Source of the DNA: Thermomicrobiales bacterium
GTDB taxonomy: Bacteria; Chloroflexota; Chloroflexia; Thermomicrobiales; UBA6265
DNA: 64,000 bases
Direction: 5' to 3'
NCBI GenBank assembly: GCA_020432165.1
Contig: JAGQGU010000041.1
Span: 40,115 to 104,114, forward strand
Shown: piece by piece, positions 29,383 through 37,692 of the stretch
Layout: each line of letters opens with the position of its first letter
Numbering within the stretch: the stretch's first letter is position 1
Notes under the pieces: generated by a model
The model's database searches: none
Seen by the model: the letters and a program-made list of their open reading frames with translations, nothing else
What the model was told of the DNA's origin: nothing
Position numbers and translations under genes: made by a program

Positions 29383-32103
29383 TCAGCGATCCAATTCGGT
29401 GCGTCGGATACGGATACCTGCCAATACCGCAGAAGAAACGATCATCCCGAGAGCACTCCACAGCATGACGGTTCCGATGTTTCCTGAGCCGCTACCGGTA
29501 TTTGGCAACCCGGTCACGCCTTGAGTCGCAGTCGCCGTAGCCGTTGCGCCCGGTTCAGTCGGTGTGGCGCCTGGCTCAGTCGGCGTTGCCGCAGGCACTG
29601 TCGGCGAAGGCGATGGTGTGGTGCAATCCGGAGCGTCCGCAAACGTATGCGTGATTCTCACACTGCTCGGATCACCATCTACCGGTACCCAACCAGTGCC
29701 AGTCAGATCACCCCAGACGTTCTTCGTCAGATCAATCGTTGCGTAGAGGATGTAGGTCTTCCCCGCTCCAATCTCCGTCACCGTGCCATACCCAACACCG
29801 GTCACCGGCGATGCTTCCGCCTTGGCATCCGACGTGCAGGTCGCTTCCGTAAAGGTCACGATCGGCACAACCGGCGTGCGACAATCCTTGTCAGAGATAT
29901 GGAATGTCTGACTGACAACGTGTGATTGACCATCTACCGGCGTCCAACCAGTTCCCGTCAGATCACCCCACGTGTTGATATCCGGATCGAGTGTTGCGTA
30001 GACGGTGACCGTACCACCACGCTCAACATCACCCTCGATCGTATAGCTGATGCCATTGCCATCCTCAGGGACGACCACCTGCGGTGTGACATCACAATCG
30101 AAGTCGACAAAGGTCACCGGTGCCGGTGTCACCGCTCCGAGAATCCTGGTGCTTGCTGTGGCACAGATCACACCACCTCCCGGAATCGTTGGATCACCCA
30201 CACTCAGAAGTTTTGGCCCCTGATCACCTTCCGTGGGCAAAGTGCGCTCGGAGCAAGCCTGGTTGGTGATCGTATCACCAGGTTCGCCCGTCACAATGCC
30301 ATTGAAGGTGAGCGTGATCGTCGCGGGTCCGGACTGATAATCGATCCAACCATCCATATCCACACTGGCTGGCAAAGCAGTGACAGTGAGCGTGTTGCCA
30401 TCCAGCGTGTAGCACGGATCACTGGCGTACTCTTCACCATCCACTACGCAGGTAACTGAAGCAGGATCAAGAGTAAAGCCTTCCGGAAGCGGATCCGTGA
30501 GGGTGACGCTCTGCCATCTGTCCGAGGTGGTCGTCGCGACGACCGTGTAGGTCACCGTATCACCACTCCTGGCAGTCTCTTTGTCCACCGATTTGGTGAT
30601 GGAATCACCACCACCATCCGGGAAGAGTTCGAAACATGGGAAGCCACCCCAGCCGGTGGCCGTACTCGCAACGGAGAACCCCTGCACCGACGGACCTGAG
30701 GACACCGATGCGCAGTTTACATACGAGGTAAAGCCATCCTCCGGATAGGCATTGATGGTGACAATGCCACGCACAGGTGTATCGCCATACAGATCGACTG
30801 CGAAGAAGTACGGGTAATCAGGGTAGCACTGGACATCGTAATCATCGCCGCTGAGAAGCTCGACTTGCAGCGAGTCGCAATCGAAGGTGAACATCGTGTC
30901 ACCAGTAGCCATCCACACCGAATCGTAGATTGAACCACCACTGAAGAGATCACCGCTATCGACCGTCCAGACGATGACATCGTTCCCCTCATCATCGGTG
31001 CTCCAGGCGCCGCTCTTGGAGGGTGCCTCGGCATTGCAGAGTACCGTGGTAGCTTTCTGCACGCTGGTGAGTCCGGGAACGGCAACGAAGGTCATCTGGT
31101 CGATATCGGCGGTAGCCTGGTCATTCTCACAGGAATAGATAAGGCTTGCCGAAATAGTGACATCTATGAAGCCAGCCCAGACTCCCGTTGTACTTGCTTC
31201 ATTAAAGGTGATGGTAATCACACCATCGGCGGCTTCGACGGTGCCGATCTGTACACTTCTCTGTTGGCCGTAATCGTAGGCATACACCGGAACTGGTTGG
31301 GGCGAAACCACCAGTTGATCCGCGGGATAGGTGATCGTAACAATAGCGTTGGGGGCAAAGACTTTCGGCAGAAGCATGCTTACGTATAATGACTGATCGC
31401 CGAATGTATAGACGGTAGAGTACACCTCCGGTATTCCCGTGCCTGGGCAGGGAGGCCCCGTGACTTCGACCATGCCAGACGTGTACCGGTCAACGGAGTC
31501 GGAGATCGTACCCCAGGCGGATGTCGGGTACCCACTGGGTGTGTCTGTACAAGCATCCCAGGTGATAGTGGTGCCAACAATCAACGTGAGCACAAGATCG
31601 CTGCCACTCACGGTGAGATCATCGACCAACTCGAGTCTGAGCGCCTGATTGTCCGCATCAAACTCAACATCAAACTCGTTCGAGGACGCGCTCACAAACG
31701 ACACCATCTCAAACGTCGCACCATCTCCATTCCAGTTCAACGTCAATGAGTCTTCTTTGGAGCCAGAGAATCCATCGGAAAATGTCAGCGGAATCGTTAC
31801 GTTGCCCGTGACAGCGTCATAGCTCAACGCCCCGATAGAGTAATTGCTGATATTTGCGAGTGGTTGAACCGCCGGGTCGTCAGCATCCAGATCGTCGTCT
31901 GAAACCGGGGTTTCCGATGCTGGTACCGTGCCGCTCTCCTGCGCTTCCGGTGTGTTGCTGGATGACTGATTGTTATCCTCAACCTCCTGCGTGGGCTCTA
32001 CCACCGGGGTCGATTGGATATCGGCCCAGACGTTTGCCTGCGATGATGCCAGCATCATCACTACCAGCAAGAGTGCCGAAAATCGCTTCCATCCTTGCTT
32101 CAT
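29383..32103 (-). CDS. LPXTG-type (LPNTG) cell-surface protein B (paralog of A)
   Basis: start trimmed to ATG 32103 (MKQGWKRFSALLL..., same RBS context as A); 906 aa; signal peptide ...SSQANVWA|DI; DUF11-like segment; 2 Cys-bracketed repeats (29623-30129); LPNTG (29494-29508) + helix + RIRRTELDR. Confidence 0.9.
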   Translation of the reverse strand: MKQGWKRFSALLLVVMMLASSQANVWADIQSTPVVEPTQEVEDNNQSSSNTPEAQESGTVPASETPVSDDDLDADDPAVQPLANISNYSIGALSYDAVTGNVTIPLTFSDGFSGSKEDSLTLNWNGDGATFEMVSFVSASSNEFDVEFDADNQALRLELVDDLTVSGSDLVLTLIVGTTITWDACTDTPSGYPTSAWGTISDSVDRYTSGMVEVTGPPCPGTGIPEVYSTVYTFGDQSLYVSMLLPKVFAPNAIVTITYPADQLVVSPQPVPVYAYDYGQQRSVQIGTVEAADGVITITFNEASTTGVWAGFIDVTISASLIYSCENDQATADIDQMTFVAVPGLTSVQKATTVLCNAEAPSKSGAWSTDDEGNDVIVWTVDSGDLFSGGSIYDSVWMATGDTMFTFDCDSLQVELLSGDDYDVQCYPDYPYFFAVDLYGDTPVRGIVTINAYPEDGFTSYVNCASVSSGPSVQGFSVASTATGWGGFPCFELFPDGGGDSITKSVDKETARSGDTVTYTVVATTTSDRWQSVTLTDPLPEGFTLDPASVTCVVDGEEYASDPCYTLDGNTLTVTALPASVDMDGWIDYQSGPATITLTFNGIVTGEPGDTITNQACSERTLPTEGDQGPKLLSVGDPTIPGGGVICATASTRILGAVTPAPVTFVDFDCDVTPQVVVPEDGNGISYTIEGDVERGGTVTVYATLDPDINTWGDLTGTGWTPVDGQSHVVSQTFHISDKDCRTPVVPIVTFTEATCTSDAKAEASPVTGVGYGTVTEIGAGKTYILYATIDLTKNVWGDLTGTGWVPVDGDPSSVRITHTFADAPDCTTPSPSPTVPAATPTEPGATPTEPGATATATATQGVTGLPNTGSGSGNIGTVMLWSALGMIVSSAVLAGIRIRRTELDR

Positions 32104-32226
32104 CTCTCTTCTCCCTCGATCCCCGATGCACACCCTAAGACGACCAGGAAATGATACAAACTCTCCCGATAGATTGAATTGATTACATATGTCCAGTCGT
32201 CTACCCGACGGGGTGGGTATGTACGA

Positions 32227-32261
32227 ATATTGTCTGGTACTCAGGGATTATTTGTCTATAG
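32227..32261 (-). promoter_or_regulatory. conserved 35-nt upstream element of LPNTG gene B
   Basis: minus strand CTATAGACAAATAATCCCTGAGTACCAGACAATAT, 124 nt upstream of ATG 32103. Confidence 0.4.
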
Positions 32262-32702
32262 AGAGCAGCCCTGGAAGTTGCCCAATTCCGCTTCCTCAAG
32301 CCCTCCGCGGAGCGCTCAACTATCCGCGGGGACGTGGCACCATCATTGATCATCCATGCAATCTGTGCCTTATCGGCACTGTCAATATTGTCCGTATACT
32401 ATTTGCGAACAAATTCACAAATGTAAATATCGTACGTACGAGCAATTCAGTGACAACGAAAGAATTGGACGTCCGTACATCTCGTCAGCCAGGTGTACGC
32501 ACTGTGACAATCCTGAACGTGCGTTGGCATCAGGGCACTGGCCTGGGGGATTGGACCACGGCATATGCTCGCCACACACATTGGCTGATACCGTGCCACT
32601 ACATCGCCCGCTATTCGATGTATTTGGCACAGTTATCGATGGATGGGCCGGGAGTCTCCTGCCCGTCGCGATAGCAAACGATCCCATCGGGAGGGAACCC
32701 GC

Positions 32703-33644
32703 ATGCATACGCTCCGATTACGGATGCGCACTTCTTTCTCTGCGCTTGTTTTGGTGGCATCCATCGCCGCACTCCTTGCTCCACTCACTGCCGTGCAAAA
32801 CGCTGCAGCGGAGCAAATCGATGTTATGGCGATCGACCAGGTTTACGTGCGCTCAGAAGCCACTACATCAAGCACCATCATTGGCGAACTTCAGGAGGGT
32901 GACTGGGTCACCACCACGGGCTATGAAGAGAATGGCTTCGTGGAGGTCTGGTACGGCGATTGGGTCGGCTATGTCTATGCCGACTACCTGGACTATTCAC
33001 CATCGACCTCAAGCGAAAGCAGCAGTTCCAGCGATAGTTACTGGGTCGATGCTGGCTGGCTCTATACCGCCGATAGCGTCAATCTTCGCAGCGGACCAGG
33101 AACCGGCGAGGGTATCGTCACCACCGTTCCAGCTGGTACGAGCATCTATCGCACAGGACTCATCACCAATGGATTCGCGGAAGTCGAGTCCGATTACGGT
33201 AGCGGCTGGATTCACACCGACTACCTGACCTGGGATGAGCCTGTCACCGAAACAGCTACCGCCACCAGTGGTTCGGCGATGGTCGACTTCGCGATGCAGT
33301 ACCTCGGATATCCCTATGTGTGGGCCGGCAACACGCCCAGCGGCTTCGATTGCAGTGGTTTCACGCAGTATGTCACCCAGAATGTGCTTGGTTACGACAT
33401 CACCCACAGCACGGATATTCAGGCCACCTATGGCACCTCGGTCGCCTGGGGTGAATGGCAGCCGGGCGACCTGGTCTTCTTCGTAGGCACCGGCGGTAGT
33501 GGCTACATCAGCCACGTCGGCATCTACATTGGCGATGGCCAGTTCATCCATGCAGAGAACCCGAGCACGGGTGTGGTTATCAGCAGTCTGTATAGCGATT
33601 ACTACAGCAACCACTACTACAGCTCAACGCGATTGGGCGAGTAG
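32703..33644 (+). CDS. NlpC/P60 (C40) peptidoglycan endopeptidase with two SH3b-like domains
   Basis: start ATG 32703 after GGGAGGG; signal peptide; SH3b-like segments (VYVRSEATTSS..., VNLRSGPGTGE...); catalytic block GFDCSGFTQYV ... ISHVGIYIGDGQFIHA. Confidence 0.9.
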   Translation: MHTLRLRMRTSFSALVLVASIAALLAPLTAVQNAAAEQIDVMAIDQVYVRSEATTSSTIIGELQEGDWVTTTGYEENGFVEVWYGDWVGYVYADYLDYSPSTSSESSSSSDSYWVDAGWLYTADSVNLRSGPGTGEGIVTTVPAGTSIYRTGLITNGFAEVESDYGSGWIHTDYLTWDEPVTETATATSGSAMVDFAMQYLGYPYVWAGNTPSGFDCSGFTQYVTQNVLGYDITHSTDIQATYGTSVAWGEWQPGDLVFFVGTGGSGYISHVGIYIGDGQFIHAENPSTGVVISSLYSDYYSNHYYSSTRLGE

Positions 33645-33658
33645 TACTGAACGAATCA

Positions 33659-33689
33659 GGGGCGTATGCAGACACGCTGCATCCGCCCC
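33659..33689 (+). terminator. stem-loop after P60 gene
   Basis: GGGGCG-T-ATGCAG-ACACG-CTGCAT-C-CGCCCC, 15 nt past the stop. Confidence 0.55.
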
Positions 33690-33805
33690 CCAAGTCCGCC
33701 CGTAGAGTCGGCCACAAGGCTCGACTTGTGGTGAATGATCGCTACCAAAGGTGTCTTCTCGGGCACCCACAACGGGTGCCGCTAGCCGCTCAGCGAGGCC
33801 CGTAT

Positions 33806-34789
33806 CTACTCCGACGCTCGTTTCGCATCGATATCGCCCAGCGGGATATCGAGAATGCGGGCGGCGTTGCCTCCAAAGATCATCTGCAGATGCTCATGCG
33901 GCATACCCATGAAACGGCAGATACGAATCTGATCCTGCAAATACCGAATAGCAAATCCACGCGGGAACCAGCTGGAATCCGAACCAAAGAGGATGCGCTC
34001 CGGTCCGATCGTTTCATAGAACTTGCGGAAAAGATCATCCAGCGTGAGGTTATACGGCATCCACCGTACCCACTGGTTACTACCAGAACTATCCACATTC
34101 ACATTCGGACAACTCCAGCAGAGGAAGAGCAGATCGGTCACGTGCTGGATACCGAAATGCGGGATGATGAAGTCAACCGTCGGAAAATCGCGCGCGACCG
34201 GCTCAAGCACGGCAGGTGAGATATTCGGGTGGTAACTCACACCACCAGCCGCACCCAGCATACCGAAGTGGCAAAGTACCGGGATACCCAGGCGTTCACA
34301 GGTCTCCCACACCGGGTAGAGGGAACGATCATTGATCAACACCGGAATCGTTGGTGCCAACAGCTTGAGTCCCTTGAGCCCAAGTTGGGTTACCGCCCGA
34401 TCCAGCTCCTGGGCTGCGTCCTCGCGAGTGATATCGAAGTGGGCGAAGCCGACGAAGCGATCCGGATACATCTGCACCACGCGTGAAAGCTCATCGTTAT
34501 CACGCCCGGTGACGAAACCGATGCGTTCCAAACCATACTTGTCCAGCTCGGCGACCCAACGCGCGGCTTGCTCCTCGCTGGTGTGCTCCTCCGTCTCCGG
34601 GTCGGGGAAATCGAAGGCCAGTCTCCACTGGGCACGGGTGCGTTCCAGCACCTGATTCCTCTGCGCCTCCCGCTCGGCTACTTTCGGATTCTCGATCTCT
34701 CCCTGTTTGCGGGTACGCAAGCTCTGGCTGGCATCACCACGAATAGGGAAATGGGCATGAACATCGATAACGTGCAGATCCTGAAACAT
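33806..34789 (-). CDS. amidohydrolase family protein (amidohydrolase_2-like)
   Basis: start ATG 34789 after GGGAGG; MFQDLHVIDVHAHF metal-binding start; hairpin GGCACCC-ACAAC-GGGTGCC (33762-33780) downstream. Confidence 0.8.
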   Translation of the reverse strand: MFQDLHVIDVHAHFPIRGDASQSLRTRKQGEIENPKVAEREAQRNQVLERTRAQWRLAFDFPDPETEEHTSEEQAARWVAELDKYGLERIGFVTGRDNDELSRVVQMYPDRFVGFAHFDITREDAAQELDRAVTQLGLKGLKLLAPTIPVLINDRSLYPVWETCERLGIPVLCHFGMLGAAGGVSYHPNISPAVLEPVARDFPTVDFIIPHFGIQHVTDLLFLCWSCPNVNVDSSGSNQWVRWMPYNLTLDDLFRKFYETIGPERILFGSDSSWFPRGFAIRYLQDQIRICRFMGMPHEHLQMIFGGNAARILDIPLGDIDAKRASE

Positions 34790-34875
34790 CGCGCAACCTC
34801 CCAAACGAGGATCAATATGATCACTTCTGGGAGCGATCGTATCAGGTTCGGCGAAGTTGTAAACCCTGTGTAGGA

Positions 34876-35409
34876 TCAGCCGGCGATCATCAAACCACCT
34901 TCAACGAATGTTGAACGGAGCGAGAGCGACACACCGCAATCGCAGTTTGCCTTCACGTACTGACCAAGGAATGGCTTCGCCGCCAGCCCAACAACGAGAT
35001 TGACCTCGTCAGGCTCATCCTGGGCGCGACCGTCGGTAAGCTCCAGCACATAGGGTTGATCGGGACTGCCATTAACGGTGGCGTATCCCACCAGACGCTT
35101 AATGTGTGGAGATCTGGCACTGAGCGGCTCCAGCACCATGAACTCGGTTGAGTCGATCTGGTACACGGATGCTTCCATCAAATGCACTTCCATCATCAAC
35201 TCGCCAGTGATTGTGGTGCCATCGGAAGTCACATCAATCTTGAAGGCATCTTCGCCGTAGATATCACGTAACGTCCCTTCACCAGTAATGGTGATTGGAT
35301 TCGCGACGGGTGACGCCGAAGGCGTTGCCGCGGGTGTACCAGCCAACTGGCGAAACACCAGAGGTGCGGCAACTACATGTGTCAGCAAAACCCGTCTGTT
35401 CATGACCAT
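34876..35409 (-). CDS. hypothetical secreted protein
   Basis: 177 aa; N-terminal NRRVLLTHVVAAPLVF... signal-like region followed by a PAATPSASP linker; 12 nt downstream of the metallopeptidase gene. Confidence 0.5.
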   Translation of the reverse strand: MVMNRRVLLTHVVAAPLVFRQLAGTPAATPSASPVANPITITGEGTLRDIYGEDAFKIDVTSDGTTITGELMMEVHLMEASVYQIDSTEFMVLEPLSARSPHIKRLVGYATVNGSPDQPYVLELTDGRAQDEPDEVNLVVGLAAKPFLGQYVKANCDCGVSLSLRSTFVEGGLMIAG

Positions 35410-35421
35410 TCTCTCAACGAA

Positions 35422-36528
35422 CTAATCGGCTTTGCTCAGATTGCAGCCGCGCAGGCCGTCGTCCAGACCCGTGTAGAACGATTGTCGACGCTGATCGGAT
35501 GAACCATGGGCTGTGATATCGTCCCAGTTGGTACCGGCCGCATCGCCGCCAAGCTCTGTCATCTGCTCGACCTCGGGGAGATCACTCTCGAGGAAGGTGC
35601 CGCGCGCAATCGTATCCTGCAGGAACACACCGCTCAGACAATCTGCCTGGAGTTCGTGCTCGATGGAGTAGTTCCCTCCGAAGAGCTCCGGGGACTTGGT
35701 CACATACATACCAGAAATATTCTGGATATGGTGCCCCCATTCGTGGGCAATCACCATCTGCCAGGCGATATCGCCGATGCGATCAATGATGAGTTGTTTC
35801 ATTTCCGGGTTGAAGTAAATGATCTCGTCTGCTGTGCAGTAATGGGCGAAAACCTCATCCAGATCATCGATAGGGCCACAGCCGGTTTGGGTACCAACCC
35901 GCTTAACACCGATCATGTCCACCGGAGAGCGATACTCCATGCCCCAATCCGAAAAGATCTGCGCCCAGAACATATCGAGTTCCTGGTAGAGCGGAGTGGA
36001 ATAGGCGGTGGTGTAGTTCACTGTGAAGCCGGCCTGGGCCTGAATGGCCGGAAGATCATCCGGTGTAAGATCGGGCATCCAGCGCCAGACCCCGCCGATC
36101 TCTGCCAACTGGACGGTAAGAGAGATATCGTCGCCATCCACGCTGGTGTATTCGTATTCCACCGTCGCGACATTGCCGAAATCCGTATCGGTGAGTGGAT
36201 AGGTAATATCCGAGAAGGTAATGCTATCAACAGTAATTACGTCTGCGGGAGCGCTCGGTGCGGCGGTCGGCCACCAATTGACGAATGCCTGCCGAGGTAT
36301 CAGCATGCGGGCCTGCGGCAACATAAGATCGTAGAGCAAATGGTAATCGCCCTCTCGCTGAGCCTGGCTCATGGAGACGAGTGAACGATTGATTTGTGTC
36401 TCCTCAGTGGCATTTGCAGCAGCGGTTGCGACGACGTTGGCCGAGAGAGTCGGACCAAAGAGAATGCCCAGGACAAAGAGGAACGGGACAAGAGTGCGGA
36501 ATAAACGGCTAATTCGGATGTGGTGCAT
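35422..36528 (-). CDS. membrane-anchored neutral zinc metallopeptidase (YpfJ-like)
   Basis: start trimmed to ATG 36528 (MHHIRISRLF..., TGGAG upstream); N-terminal TM; HExxH in VIAHEWGHHIQN, ELQADC, HGSSDQRRQSF. Confidence 0.8.
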   Translation of the reverse strand: MHHIRISRLFRTLVPFLFVLGILFGPTLSANVVATAAANATEETQINRSLVSMSQAQREGDYHLLYDLMLPQARMLIPRQAFVNWWPTAAPSAPADVITVDSITFSDITYPLTDTDFGNVATVEYEYTSVDGDDISLTVQLAEIGGVWRWMPDLTPDDLPAIQAQAGFTVNYTTAYSTPLYQELDMFWAQIFSDWGMEYRSPVDMIGVKRVGTQTGCGPIDDLDEVFAHYCTADEIIYFNPEMKQLIIDRIGDIAWQMVIAHEWGHHIQNISGMYVTKSPELFGGNYSIEHELQADCLSGVFLQDTIARGTFLESDLPEVEQMTELGGDAAGTNWDDITAHGSSDQRRQSFYTGLDDGLRGCNLSKAD

Positions 36529-36605
36529 AGTGCGACTCCAACTTGATCGTCGAAGAACAGGGTATCTACCAGAGGAATAACGCAGTATGCGGGTACTGTG
36601 TTCCA

Positions 36606-37190
36606 TTAACGCGCGTGGCAATGCGCCAGATGATCATTGACCACACCGATAGCCTGCATCATGGCATAGGCGGTGGTTGGGCCAACAAAGACAAATCCTG
36701 CCTTCTTTAACGCCTTGGCAAGGGCGGTGGATTCCGGGGTGGAACCGGGTACGTGGTGAATACTCTCCGGAGCTGGCGAATCTGTCACGGCATAGCTCCA
36801 GATGAGGGCATCCAGTCCACCCTGGCCCCGCAGCGCGATCGTCGCTTTGGCATTGGTGATCGCGGCGTTGATCTTCTGACGATTGCGAATGATGCGGGCA
36901 TCCAGCAGAAGTCGCGCAACATCGGCGTCGGTGAAGGCCGCCACATCCTCAGGAACGAAGTTGGCAAAGGCGTCGCGAATGCCTTCTCGTTTTCGCAGAA
37001 TGGTGATCCAGCTAAGCCCGCTCTGAAACGCTTCCAGCATCATGCGTTCATAGAGGCCGCGTTCGTCATGAACTGGCTTGCCCCATTCATCATCGTGATA
37101 GGCAATATACTCCGGGGCTGCACCAACCCAGGGACAGCGGAGCAATCCATCTTCACCAGCGACAACAGCACCATCGAGCACATCGGGCAT
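36606..37190 (-). CDS. tag: DNA-3-methyladenine glycosylase I
   Basis: 194 aa; CPWVGAAPEYIAYHDDEWG, EAFQSGLSWITILRKRE, VNDHLAHC Zn-site residues. Confidence 0.9.
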   Translation of the reverse strand: MPDVLDGAVVAGEDGLLRCPWVGAAPEYIAYHDDEWGKPVHDERGLYERMMLEAFQSGLSWITILRKREGIRDAFANFVPEDVAAFTDADVARLLLDARIIRNRQKINAAITNAKATIALRGQGGLDALIWSYAVTDSPAPESIHHVPGSTPESTALAKALKKAGFVFVGPTTAYAMMQAIGVVNDHLAHCHAR

Positions 37191-37314
37191 GTGTTTCTTC
37201 CTTCACGTGCTCCAATCGTACAGTCCCGAGGGCGTGCTGGCTATACCGACGAATCGTGGTAGGCTTTTGCGCGAGAGCACCGCTCACGTCATACCCGCTC
37301 ACGAGGTTGCGTTC

Positions 37315-37515
37315 ATGCAAAGATTCCTGCCCAAAACCCAAACTGGCCGCGATATCGGACTCCTGGCTGTGTTGATCGTGCCACTGATCATCGCCGGAGT
37401 GATTTGGGGTATGAATGGCGATTTCTGGGAAGATGTTGAGTTGGTAACACCAACTCCTGTTGTGACACCCGCCACACCGATGGCTTCACCAGTCGCCTGG
37501 TTGCAGCTTCCATAA
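37315..37515 (+). CDS. small hypothetical membrane protein
   Basis: 66 aa from ATG 37315 (GAGG 7 nt upstream); one TM (IGLLAVLIVPLIIAGVIWG); weak call. Confidence 0.35.
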   Translation: MQRFLPKTQTGRDIGLLAVLIVPLIIAGVIWGMNGDFWEDVELVTPTPVVTPATPMASPVAWLQLP

Positions 37516-37526
37516 CGAATAACGAA

Positions 37527-37560
37527 GAAACGTCCCGAGGATTGATCCCCGGGACGTTTC
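37527..37560 (+). terminator. intrinsic terminator-like hairpin
   Basis: 10-bp perfect stem GAAACGTCCC/GGGACGTTTC whose 3' arm ends in a T-run, then TC. Confidence 0.55.
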
Positions 37561-37600
37561 TCTAACAGCAGATTTGCGATGTGGTGTCATGTATAACATC

Positions 37601-37651
37601 GGTAGCAGGGGAGCTTGTCTCCCCTTGGGGCAGATAAACTGCCCCGCTACC
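37601..37651. repeat. REP-like doublet (two inverted GTAGC-headed hairpins closed by a GGTAGC/GCTACC stem)
   Basis: GGTAGC-AGGGGAG-CTTGT-CTCCCCT-T-GGGGCAG-ATAAA-CTGCCCC-GCTACC; each strand reads GGTAGC + 7-bp GC stem; lies 42 nt past the giant gene stop. Confidence 0.5.
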
Positions 37652-37692
37652 AGTCCGTGGGTGTGTCAGTACATCCGGAACGGCTCTAGCGG

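Noticed and set aside
32189-33228. ORFs 32189-32674 (161 aa) and 32356-33228 (290 aa) in and beyond the AT-rich leader
   Set aside because: They have no RBS, odd composition and no family resemblance. The second runs out of frame through the well-supported P60 gene. The region is better explained as divergent promoters and a leader.
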